Virus record (IMG/VR): IMGVR_UViG_3300037400_003293
Span: 1,206 to 65,205 of that record
Length of the DNA stretch: 64,000 bases
Origin: a virus
Taxonomy: Duplodnaviria > Caudoviricetes
Reading direction: 5' to 3' (one strand)
The notes beneath the pieces are model-generated. The model worked only from the letters and a program-made list of their open reading frames with translations. It made no database searches and was not told the origin of the DNA. A program made the translations under genes and the position numbers. Below are positions 8,896-16,582 of this stretch, one piece after another (positions within the stretch are counted from its first letter, which is position 1; the number at the start of each line of letters is the position of its first letter).

Positions 8896-10344
8896 ATGGC
8901 TTTTATAAACGTCAAATTTACCCGGAAGGAAAATTATGAAGAGTTCAATTGCGCTCCAGGTACGGTAATGAAAGTTCCTTTTGAAGACTATGTCGCCGCC
9001 GTTGTCGCTTCTGAGATCGGAAACTCTGATATTGAAGCTTGTAAAGCTCAGGCCATTGCTGCGAGAACATTTGCCGTCAATAAAGATGTTCTTGAAGGAA
9101 AAGAAATTACAGATAGCAGTGCCAAAGATCAGGCTTTCCGAATTAGTCGTCTGGATGATTATTTATATCCAAATGCGATGAAAGCTGCTGAGTTGACGGA
9201 AGGCCAAATTCTTACCTACAACAGTAAACCGATCGCGGCAGTATATTCTGCTTGTAACGGAGGGCACACTGTCTCGGCGAAAGAGCGCTGGGGCAGTGAG
9301 CGAAAATACTTGCCAGCTCAAGTTGATCCATGGGATAACAGCGCCAAGCGAACAGGTCATGGCGTCGGCATGAGTCAAAGAGGTGCTAAAGCCATGGCTA
9401 AAGCGGGGAAGACCTATGAGGAAATCCTCGCTTTTTATTATCCCGGAACGCAAATTACCGATCTCTGGGCTTTGGAAAAGGAAGAAGGTGAGGGCTTGGT
9501 CAATGCAAAAGATTTCATTGATAAAGTAAAAATTGCTTTAACGGAGCAGTGGGGTTACATCTACGGCACCTGGTATACTTTTTGGACCAAGGAAGACCAA
9601 GCCAGACTCAACAAAACGACAGACAGCAACCGTGCCAAGTCCCGTCAATACGGATCACGGTGGATTGGGCATGTCGTGACCGATTGTTCCGGCCTGGTTT
9701 ATTGGGCCATGAAGCAATTTGGCGTAGAGGTCGCTCATCATGCGACATACCTTTATACAGACTATTGTCGAAACAAAGGCAAACTTATATATGGTGAGCC
9801 TACTGACGGGCACAAGTTGCTGCCAGGGTCTCTCGTCTTCAAGAAAGGAAGCAAAGACAAAATTCATCACGTTGGAATTTACATCGGAAATGACCAAGTG
9901 ATTGAAGCGAAAGGTGCCCAGTATGGAGTCATCGAGTCTTACGTGTTTGATGGCTGGGATTACTGGGGTGAACTGAAAGCCGTCGATTATAGCAACCGTC
10001 AAGAAAAGGAGGAAACCACTATGGATGCCGCAAAAGTTTACAATACCAAAACTGATTCCGTGAATATGCGAAAGAATCCGAGAAAGAATGCCGGTATTCT
10101 TTGCAAAATCCCTGATGATTCCATTGTTTCTGTCATTGATAGATCTGTTCCTGGCTGGTATCAGGTAGAATATGCTGGACGAGTTGGTTGGGTAATGTCC
10201 GATTACCTCATGGATGTCAAACCGGAACCTGTTCAGGAAGAAATGGATCTTACTACACTTGTGCAGCTGATGCGCGCTTCTCTGGAAGGCCTGTCCGAAG
10301 AGCTGACAAAGCTCGAGGAGATTGTCAATAAGACAGTTGGCTGA
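8896..10344 (+). CDS. Multidomain endolysin: SpoIID/LytB-like + NlpC/P60 + SH3b
   Basis: SpoIID-like EDYVAAVVASEI..EACKAQAIAART and GHGVGMSQRGAKAMA; NlpC/P60 DCSGLV...HHVGIYIG; SH3b VNMRKNP...WYQVEYAGRVGWVMSDYL. Confidence 0.85.
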   Translation: MAFINVKFTRKENYEEFNCAPGTVMKVPFEDYVAAVVASEIGNSDIEACKAQAIAARTFAVNKDVLEGKEITDSSAKDQAFRISRLDDYLYPNAMKAAELTEGQILTYNSKPIAAVYSACNGGHTVSAKERWGSERKYLPAQVDPWDNSAKRTGHGVGMSQRGAKAMAKAGKTYEEILAFYYPGTQITDLWALEKEEGEGLVNAKDFIDKVKIALTEQWGYIYGTWYTFWTKEDQARLNKTTDSNRAKSRQYGSRWIGHVVTDCSGLVYWAMKQFGVEVAHHATYLYTDYCRNKGKLIYGEPTDGHKLLPGSLVFKKGSKDKIHHVGIYIGNDQVIEAKGAQYGVIESYVFDGWDYWGELKAVDYSNRQEKEETTMDAAKVYNTKTDSVNMRKNPRKNAGILCKIPDDSIVSVIDRSVPGWYQVEYAGRVGWVMSDYLMDVKPEPVQEEMDLTTLVQLMRASLEGLSEELTKLEEIVNKTVG

Positions 10345-10370
10345 TCGCTGTTTGGCGTCAGGAAGAAGGT

Positions 10371-10409
10371 GGCTCCCTTGGGCTGAGAAGGGAGTCTCTT
10401 TTTATTTTT
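10371..10409 (+). terminator. Intrinsic terminator after the endolysin
   Basis: GGCTCCCTT/AAGGGAGTC stem followed by a T-rich tract. Confidence 0.7.
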
Positions 10410-10436
10410 GGGTCCAATAAATAACGGAGGAGAAAA

Positions 10437-10595
10437 ATGTGGCAAACAGACTACCATATTGTACGTTTCGACAAGTGGTGCAAAAAATGCCAACATGCGG
10501 ATCTCGATGACAACGACGATCCCTGCGCCGAATGTCTTTGCGATCCGGTAAATACCAATGACCGGCAGCCTACATACTTTAAGCCAAAGGAATAA
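10437..10595 (+). CDS. 52-aa Cys-rich protein (CxxC...CxxC), not in the ORF track
   Basis: RBS GGAGGAG; MWQTDYHIVRFDKWCKKCQHADLDDNDDPCAECLCDPVNTNDRQPTYFKPKE*. Confidence 0.7.
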   Translation: MWQTDYHIVRFDKWCKKCQHADLDDNDDPCAECLCDPVNTNDRQPTYFKPKE

Positions 10596-10822
10596 TTTCC
10601 GGAGAAGGGACATTTTTACAATCCCTTCTCTTTTTTTTGTGCGTTCCACGATTTTTACAAGGGCGTTTATGAAGGGAAAGGAGGAATGCCTTGAGAGTAA
10701 TCCTGACCGAAAGAAGGGAGGCCGCATCGGCTTCTCTTTTTCTTTTCTAAGATAGAATTCTAATCTAAGATAGCTTTTTGATTCAAACTTTTCAGCCTCG
10801 TTAGTGAAAGGAGGTTGTTGAC

Positions 10823-11827
10823 ATGAGCAACCGAACAATTTATACTAACGATGTGCTGCAGAACCTTGACAACTACACAGAAACTCGCCTGAAGAATACG
10901 GAAATGAACGATCAGATTAAGTTGATCAATTTTGTGGACATTTGGCTGGATCTTTTTAAGAAGAACTCCATCAAGGAAGCGTCTTTGGCTCGTCTGATTG
11001 TTTCCCGAAAGGCTCTGGAAGATTACACCATCGCTCAAATGAAGATCGGAGACATCAGTTTCTTTGATATTCAGAAGTACATCAATTCCCTGGTAGACGC
11101 CGGTTACAGCATGAGCGGCATCAAGAAACAAACCTTGATCGTCACAGCACCGCTCAAACAGGCCGCTGCTATGCAGGTAATTGCAGCAGATCCATGTGTA
11201 GGCATCAAGATGCCAGTGGAAACGAAGGTAAAGAAAAAGAACCGTCCGGTTGTGGCGTACACTAAGGAAGACCAGGAACGGCTCTTTAAAGAGATCAAAG
11301 AGCATCCGGACAGTGTCGGGTACTTGGCTGTTGGCTTTATGATTGAAACCGGTGTACGTTCCGGGGAACTGATGGCGTTGAAATGGTCTGATATTGAGCT
11401 GGACCGCTGCCGTATGCGGATCCACGCCACCATCATCAACCCTATGTACAATACCGCCGCTTACCAGAATTCGCCAAAGAGCAAAAGCAGCAATCGAACC
11501 ATTCCGCTGACTCCGAAAGCAATCAGCATTCTGAAGAAGCTCCAACAGACCAGAACCACTGAATGGGTCTTCGAAGAGGACGGCGAACGGTATTCCTATC
11601 GCAGATTGGTATACCAGACCAAGAAACTGTGTCGGACGGCTAAAGTGGTGTATTACGGCGAACATGTCTTCCGTCATACCTTCGCCACGAATTGCTATTA
11701 TAAAGGGATCGATGTCAAGATCCTGAGCCGCCTGATGGGGCACAGCAGCGTACAGGTAACCTACAATACCTACATCAACCTGTATGGAGACGGCTTCGAC
11801 ACCATGTATGCAGCGTTGTGTTTCTGA
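10823..11827 (+). CDS. int: Tyrosine integrase
   Basis: Catalytic motifs ETGVRSGELMALKW, HVFRHTFAT and LMGHSSVQVTYNTY; SAM-like core-binding domain; RBS GAAAGGAGG. Confidence 0.95.
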   Translation: MSNRTIYTNDVLQNLDNYTETRLKNTEMNDQIKLINFVDIWLDLFKKNSIKEASLARLIVSRKALEDYTIAQMKIGDISFFDIQKYINSLVDAGYSMSGIKKQTLIVTAPLKQAAAMQVIAADPCVGIKMPVETKVKKKNRPVVAYTKEDQERLFKEIKEHPDSVGYLAVGFMIETGVRSGELMALKWSDIELDRCRMRIHATIINPMYNTAAYQNSPKSKSSNRTIPLTPKAISILKKLQQTRTTEWVFEEDGERYSYRRLVYQTKKLCRTAKVVYYGEHVFRHTFATNCYYKGIDVKILSRLMGHSSVQVTYNTYINLYGDGFDTMYAALCF

Positions 11828-11852
11828 TGCGAAATTTGCAAGCATTATTATG

Positions 11853-11982
11853 AAAGGGACGAATACAAAGGGTTAGCCCAATTAAATAAGTAGCGAGCTC
11901 TAGCTGAATAAGCTTATGTGTGTAGATAAAGTTATCGGACGCTTTGTAATCGTTTAGAGGAATCACAATTCCTCTTCCCTTT
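11853..11982 (+). ncRNA. Putative structured small RNA (cassette payload)
   Basis: Directly follows the repeated motif. AAAGGGA/TCCCTTT closing stem, TACAAAG/CTTTGTA inner stem and GAGGAAT/ATTCCTC hairpin; no credible ORF. Confidence 0.55.
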
Positions 11983-12010
11983 TGTGGTAAAGGTCCTTAC
12001 AAAGAAAAAG

Positions 12011-12055
12011 GTGGATCAGCGACGAGGTTTAGGAGCCCAAAATCGCTGATCCCAC
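12011..12055. terminator. Inverted repeat downstream of the tRNA-Cys fragment (minus strand)
   Basis: GTGGATCAGCGA / TCGCTGATCCCAC; positioned to follow the reconstituted host tRNA after integration. Confidence 0.55.
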
Positions 12056-12063
12056 TGGTTCTT

Positions 12064-12112
12064 TGGAGGCGCCATCCGGATTCGGACCGGAGCATAAAGG
12101 TTTTGCAGACCT
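12064..12112 (-). mobile_element. attP core = 3' half of tRNA-Cys(GCA)
   Basis: The reverse complement reads AGGT-CTGCAAA-ACCT TTATGC TCCGG-TCCGAAT-CCGGA TGGCGCCTCCA (anticodon arm GCA, T arm, acceptor and CCA). The 5' half is absent. It lies about 240 nt downstream of int. Confidence 0.85.
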
Positions 12113-12210
12113 CTGAAAGAAAGGACGGGTGAGTTTCTGTGTAGTCTAATATGAAGAAATATGCGAGCTTATACGAAAAATACACAGGCTTTTGTGAAGG
12201 AGGTGGCAAT

Positions 12211-12525
12211 ATGTCGTTAGATAGTTATTTAATGGTTTGCGGAATTGGAAGGTTTGTTGCTTGCTCATATGAACAGGTAAAATCGATTTTATCAAAACTG
12301 AACGAGGTTGCTAATTCACAAGGTTGGATTTCCATACAGAATATATTGGACATTGTTAATGATGCAATTCCTGAGATGGAAATGAAAGCAAGAGGAATCG
12401 CGCCTTGGTATCTTGATAAGGTTGGTTATTCCTTTAAAGATGAGCAGACTCAGCCATTCCAATTGACGACTGCTACATATAACGGGCTGTGTATATATGG
12501 CATCTACCCGACAAAAGAGGGCTAA
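12211..12525 (+). CDS. Hypothetical protein
   Basis: RBS GAAGGAGG before ATG 12211; preceded by a motif variant at 12172. Confidence 0.6.
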   Translation: MSLDSYLMVCGIGRFVACSYEQVKSILSKLNEVANSQGWISIQNILDIVNDAIPEMEMKARGIAPWYLDKVGYSFKDEQTQPFQLTTATYNGLCIYGIYPTKEG

Positions 12526-12583
12526 CATGGCCCTTTTCTTTTTGAATTGTTTGTGGTACAATAACCGAAAGGAGGAGGATAAA

Positions 12584-12856
12584 ATGAAACTTTATTTGAT
12601 GAAATGTCCTGACTGCGGAGGGCAGTTGGAAGTCGAAGAAGGCCTTCAGTTCTTCTACTGCAAATATTGTGGGTCTAAAATCCTTGTCGACCAGACAAAG
12701 ATACAAGAAATGGTACACGAGGAGAAGATGAGTGATATTGAGTACAAGAAAAAGCGGCTTGGAACGATCGAAGAGGTTGGTACGCTCATTTTAGTGGGTT
12801 TGATGATCGGCTTTATGTGTCTCATGGCTTTATTAGAATCACTTCATATCATTTGA
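12584..12856 (+). CDS. Zinc-ribbon protein with a C-terminal TM helix
   Basis: CPDCGG...CKYCGS; hydrophobic C-terminus; RBS GAAAGGAGG; extended -10-like TGGTACAAT upstream. Confidence 0.75.
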   Translation: MKLYLMKCPDCGGQLEVEEGLQFFYCKYCGSKILVDQTKIQEMVHEEKMSDIEYKKKRLGTIEEVGTLILVGLMIGFMCLMALLESLHII

Positions 12857-12903
12857 ACAGCTTCGGCTGCTTTTTTTTATTTTTGGGAAAGGTTGTGATT
12901 ACA

Positions 12904-13239
12904 ATGATATCGTGTCAATGGTGTGGGCAGAAAAGCGAGCACTTGATTAAACTGTATGAGGTTCATGGGAAGTACGTCAGCGATCCGTTGCCGGTTTGCA
13001 GGGAGCATTTGATTCCAGGAAAAGATCCATGCCCGGAGAAGCTGTACGAACTGATTGAAGAGGGGGATCAGATCCGTCGGAAGTGGTATGAGGGCGAGGA
13101 GCTCAAGCAAGCGATTGAACGAAGGCTGAACTGGTTTCACCAGCATCCCGGACAGCTTGACCATGCCTGGTCCAATGATTGGGACGGGAACATGAGGTAT
13201 TCCTGGTTCGAAGACCATCCAAACGAAATTACAAGATAA
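12904..13239 (+). CDS. Hypothetical Cys-containing protein
   Basis: CQWCG...C motif; start site uncertain. Confidence 0.5.
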   Translation: MISCQWCGQKSEHLIKLYEVHGKYVSDPLPVCREHLIPGKDPCPEKLYELIEEGDQIRRKWYEGEELKQAIERRLNWFHQHPGQLDHAWSNDWDGNMRYSWFEDHPNEITR

Positions 13240-13302
13240 ACACGATTTTTACAAATGCTGCTATGGAAGCCTTTAACACTTTTGGAAAGGAGAGATAGCA
13301 GT

Positions 13303-13383
13303 ATGTTTGGAGTAGCTGGTGTGCTGCTGATTGCAGCTGGCGTATTTCTGGTTGCCAAGTGGATCAAAGACGGAAATGACTGA
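13303..13383 (+). CDS. 26-aa membrane peptide (not in the ORF track)
   Basis: Motif at 13241 + RBS GAAAGGAG + MFGVAGVLLIAAGVFLVAKWIKDGND* + terminator. Confidence 0.65.
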   Translation: MFGVAGVLLIAAGVFLVAKWIKDGND

Positions 13384-13521
13384 AAAGAAAGAGGGGTCGC
13401 GTGAAGCGGCTTCTCTTTTTTTATTTTTGGAGATGTGATTTGTATGATATTTACAGAGAACGTACATACAATGCTCCTTGAAAATGCCGCTGTTTATGGC
13501 GGACATCAAGGAGGCATGGAT

Positions 13522-13950
13522 ATGGGCACTGTAACCAGACCGGAACTGAGCGAGAAAAATCGTTGGTGGATCAGCAAGCACCGCTACTACGAGCTGAAGC
13601 ACTTCTGTCTTCAGTATGAGGATTGGAAGAAAGCGCTTCGGGAGCTGGACGGATATTCGACAGTATCAGCCGTAGCGATGGAAAGAATCAATGTGGGACG
13701 AACCGGAGATCCTACAGCCAATGTGGCACAGATACGGGAGATGTACAGTCACCGGATGCATTTGGTAGAGTCGGCTGCATTCGAGGCCTGTGATCACCAA
13801 TTTTGGTGGGAATTCCTCTTGCGGGCAGTTACGGAGAATGTCAGCTACGATGCTCTGGAGGCACAGTTTGGCATTATGCCCGGCAGCCGCAACGACTGGT
13901 ATGAGCGGTACAGGAGGTTTTTCTGGACGCTGGACAAGATGCGTGAATAA
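13522..13950 (+). CDS. Conserved phage protein, possible transcriptional regulator
   Basis: RBS AAGGAGG; RPELSEKN..WISKHRYYELKHFCLQY; C-terminal helical pattern (SYDALEA...WYERYRRFFW) resembling RinA/ArpU-type regulators (recall only). Confidence 0.55.
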   Translation: MGTVTRPELSEKNRWWISKHRYYELKHFCLQYEDWKKALRELDGYSTVSAVAMERINVGRTGDPTANVAQIREMYSHRMHLVESAAFEACDHQFWWEFLLRAVTENVSYDALEAQFGIMPGSRNDWYERYRRFFWTLDKMRE

Positions 13951-14009
13951 AGTTATCACGCAGGTGACAGGTTTCGTTGCTATGATATTACGATCGGAAG
14001 GAGTATGCA

Positions 14010-14255
14010 ATGTCTGAATTGTTGGTTGGAATCTTGATCGGGCTTGGAGCGGGGGCTGTGGTTACCGCAATCACGGTGTCTCTGCTCATTGATAAATGGT
14101 ATGTGGGAAACCTCAATCTGGATGCCTCGATTCCGGAGGAGCCCTACTACTTTATGGAAGTGGGCCGGGGTATGACACATAAGCTCAGCAAAAACAAGCA
14201 TGTGCTGCTGAACGTCAGGAAGTCCAACTATGAAGACCGGAAGGAAACGAAATAA
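14010..14255 (+). CDS. Small N-terminal TM protein
   Basis: LLVGILIGLGAGAVVTAITV; RBS GGAAGGAG. Confidence 0.7.
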   Translation: MSELLVGILIGLGAGAVVTAITVSLLIDKWYVGNLNLDASIPEEPYYFMEVGRGMTHKLSKNKHVLLNVRKSNYEDRKETK

Positions 14256-14293
14256 TCAGGCCCTGTTGTGGAAGACCGCATTTCAGAAAGGAG

Positions 14294-14788
14294 ATGGAAC
14301 GTATGGATAACAGTATTGAGAGAATGCTTGCAGGTGAAATCGAAACGACCTTATCGGCACTCAAAACCATGAACGCCAATACGGAACAGGCAAAGGCGGA
14401 GCTGATGAAGCTGGCAAGGCTTCAGGAACTCAGAGCCAGGGAACTTGATGCAATCCTGAAGGAAAAGCAATTGGCTGAGACAAGTATGTCGAAAGTAGAC
14501 GAGATGTCTATCCGTAATGCTGAATTGGAGCAGAAGAGAAAGCAGGCGGAAGAAGAACTCGAGATGAAGAAGGCAGAACTGGCTCAAAAAGAAGCTGAAC
14601 TTAAGGAGGCAAAGAAAGGACGCTGGTGGAAGACGGTTCTGGATATTGTCAGCATCGGAGCACCGCTCGGTGTCGGGCTGTATGGGCTGAAGAAAGGATT
14701 TGAGTTCGAGGAGGAGGGAAAGATCTATTCCAGCAGGACTCCTCAATTCGTATCCGGATTCATGAGACTTTTCGGAAAGAAAGGTTGA
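14294..14788 (+). CDS. Coiled-coil protein with a hydrophobic C-terminal segment
   Basis: E/K-rich heptads, then VLDIVSIGAPLGVGLYG; RBS GAAAGGAG. Confidence 0.7.
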   Translation: MERMDNSIERMLAGEIETTLSALKTMNANTEQAKAELMKLARLQELRARELDAILKEKQLAETSMSKVDEMSIRNAELEQKRKQAEEELEMKKAELAQKEAELKEAKKGRWWKTVLDIVSIGAPLGVGLYGLKKGFEFEEEGKIYSSRTPQFVSGFMRLFGKKG

Positions 14789-14865
14789 GCAGAAAAGAGG
14801 CTCTGTGATATTTCACGGGGTCTCTTTCTCTTTTTGGACTTAGACAAAAATAAAGGAGGAACTTT

Positions 14866-15405
14866 ATGCGTACGACTACATTTCAGAAACAGGTAAGCAC
14901 CGGCGAGATCAGCTACATGCACGACCAAGGAATGTCAAATAAGGACATTGCCAAGAGGCTAGGGACGACTTGCGCCACCATCAATCAGTATTTTCCAGAG
15001 GAAAAACGCCGTTATACTAAGGTGACCGAATATGACGTGTACGAGATGGTGAAGCTTTTTGAACAGGGTGTTTCCGTCCAAAAGATAGCTACCAAATTCT
15101 ACTGCTCGAGCAGTACCGTGTATCGCATTCTGACTAATTACGGAATTACATTTGAGAGTAAGCGTGGCGGCCGTCCAAAGAAGAAAAAGGATGTAGGTCT
15201 TCCGGAAGCGCCAAAAGAAGCGGAACAAGCAAACGCAGGCAGGCTGGACCAGGAAAAGGTCGGCATATACCGTGGCCGAATCGGTAAATATGTCGTGGAT
15301 CGGGAAGACAAAACGGCGTCTATTCCGGAGATGATGGGCTGGATGAATAAGGAACAGCTCGGATATTTGATCCGAGATTTAATGATCGTGTGGCAGGAGT
15401 TGTAA
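14866..15405 (+). CDS. Tandem HTH DNA-binding protein
   Basis: GMSNKDIAKRLGTTCATINQY and GVSVQKIATKFYCSSSTVYRIL. Confidence 0.75.
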   Translation: MRTTTFQKQVSTGEISYMHDQGMSNKDIAKRLGTTCATINQYFPEEKRRYTKVTEYDVYEMVKLFEQGVSVQKIATKFYCSSSTVYRILTNYGITFESKRGGRPKKKKDVGLPEAPKEAEQANAGRLDQEKVGIYRGRIGKYVVDREDKTASIPEMMGWMNKEQLGYLIRDLMIVWQEL

Positions 15406-15408
15406 GCG

Positions 15409-15771
15409 ATGCGTTATCACTATGATCGGCCGAAGCATTACAGCAGCCATTACGGAGAGGAATATGTCTGCGATCATCCGGTATACAGTAAGTGTACTCT
15501 GTTCCGTGTGTGGGATCGAGGTCTGGCGGTCATCCAGCAGCGATACGATCCGGGGACAAAGAGAACCTATTGGGGCCCGATCGATCCTTGGCTGACAGAC
15601 CCAATCTACCTGAATCCGGCCTTCCTTGCCTATTTTAAAAAGAGGTCGGACGAGGCAGATGCAACCGGCTGTTATCCAACTGTAACAGTTCGGCAGATCA
15701 TGTGGGCGCTCAAGATGAAACCCATTCCAAAAGAGGTATGGGAGACCGTCTTTGATCGAGCGGAGATATGA
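15409..15771 (+). CDS. Conserved hypothetical phage protein
   Basis: 120-aa ORF coupled to the upstream gene. Confidence 0.65.
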   Translation: MRYHYDRPKHYSSHYGEEYVCDHPVYSKCTLFRVWDRGLAVIQQRYDPGTKRTYWGPIDPWLTDPIYLNPAFLAYFKKRSDEADATGCYPTVTVRQIMWALKMKPIPKEVWETVFDRAEI

Positions 15772-15813
15772 CACGAAATTTTCAAGCCTTCTTATGAAAG
15801 GAGGTTCGATAAT

Positions 15814-15954
15814 ATGGTTTCTATCGGACAATTAGTAGGTTTGTTAGGTTTCGCATTTATTTGTTGGATTTCCGGCTATATCTGTGGAGAAGGACATGCA
15901 TTGATTGACGAGGAGAAAAAGAAAGAAACGGCCTCTATTGCAGAGAAGGAGTGA
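15814..15954 (+). CDS. 46-aa membrane peptide (cassette 1)
   Basis: MVSIGQLVGLLGFAFICWISGYICGEGHALIDEEKKKETASIAEKE*; own motif, RBS and terminator. Confidence 0.7.
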   Translation: MVSIGQLVGLLGFAFICWISGYICGEGHALIDEEKKKETASIAEKE

Positions 15955-16019
15955 GCGCAAAGCCCACTCTTTTTTTTCGCGAAATATACAAGCCTTCCTA
16001 TGAAAGGAAGGTGCTGAAC

Positions 16020-16121
16020 ATGACGCAGGTAGCAGTATTATTCTTACTCGGATGTATGTTAGGTGAGTATCTGGATAAAAGGCAGGAGCGTAAATCAGCT
16101 TCGAAGGAGTATAAGGGGTGA
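16020..16121 (+). CDS. 33-aa membrane peptide (cassette 2)
   Basis: MTQVAVLFLLGCMLGEYLDKRQERKSASKEYKG*; own motif, RBS and terminator. Confidence 0.7.
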   Translation: MTQVAVLFLLGCMLGEYLDKRQERKSASKEYKG

Positions 16122-16184
16122 GCGCAAAGCCTCTCCCTTTTTCACGAAATAAACAGGCTTTCTTATGAAAGGAAGGTGATTAAT

Positions 16185-16289
16185 ATGATCTTTACTCTGA
16201 CATGTATGTTTCTTCTTGGTTGGTTTATTGGCAATTACCAAGGGCACAAAGCAGAGAAAGCAAAGAACAATCCTGATCAAAAGGGGTGA
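16185..16289 (+). CDS. 34-aa membrane peptide (cassette 3)
   Basis: MIFTLTCMFLLGWFIGNYQGHKAEKAKNNPDQKG*; own motif, RBS and terminator. Confidence 0.7.
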   Translation: MIFTLTCMFLLGWFIGNYQGHKAEKAKNNPDQKG

Positions 16290-16378
16290 GCGCAATGCTC
16301 GCTCCTTTTTTTTTTTCACGAAATAAACAGGCCTTCTTATGGAACGGACGAGATCCGTATCGAAAAGGAGGATGGTTT

Positions 16379-16531
16379 ATGGAAATTTTGTTTGTATTGA
16401 TCTTGCTTGGATTAGCGACTGGATGTATTGGACTCGTGATCGCGGCAAGAGCATTCGACTGGTTTTTGGATAAACTGATCCAGTTGATTCGTGAACGGAA
16501 GAGCTCGTGTGAGTGGAGGAATGGCCTGTAA
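16379..16531 (+). CDS. 50-aa membrane peptide (cassette 4)
   Basis: RBS AAAAGGAGG; MEILFVLILLGLATGCIGLVIAARAFDWFLDK... Confidence 0.7.
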   Translation: MEILFVLILLGLATGCIGLVIAARAFDWFLDKLIQLIRERKSSCEWRNGL

Positions 16532-16582
16532 CAAGGGCCATTCTTCTTTTTCACGAATTTTACAATGGGTGTTATGGAAGAG

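Larger units (their letters stand above)
15946..16345 (+). repeat. Three imperfect ~60-nt direct repeats (terminator + promoter motif) with a 167-168-nt period
   Basis: AAGGRGTGAGCGCAAWGC...CTC..TTTTT..CRCGAAATAWACARGCYTTCYTATGRAA starting at 15946, 16113 and 16281. Confidence 0.85.

Noticed and set aside
13957-13985. Additional copy of the repeated motif
   Set aside because: CACG-CAGGTGACA is followed by an 11-nt rather than 8-nt spacer; too degenerate to count. The partial copy at 30263 was excluded likewise.
15946-16345. CRISPR array
   Set aside because: The repeats are about 60 nt and imperfect, the 'spacers' are about 105-nt RBS-led ORFs, and there are no cas genes. This is better explained as expression cassettes.
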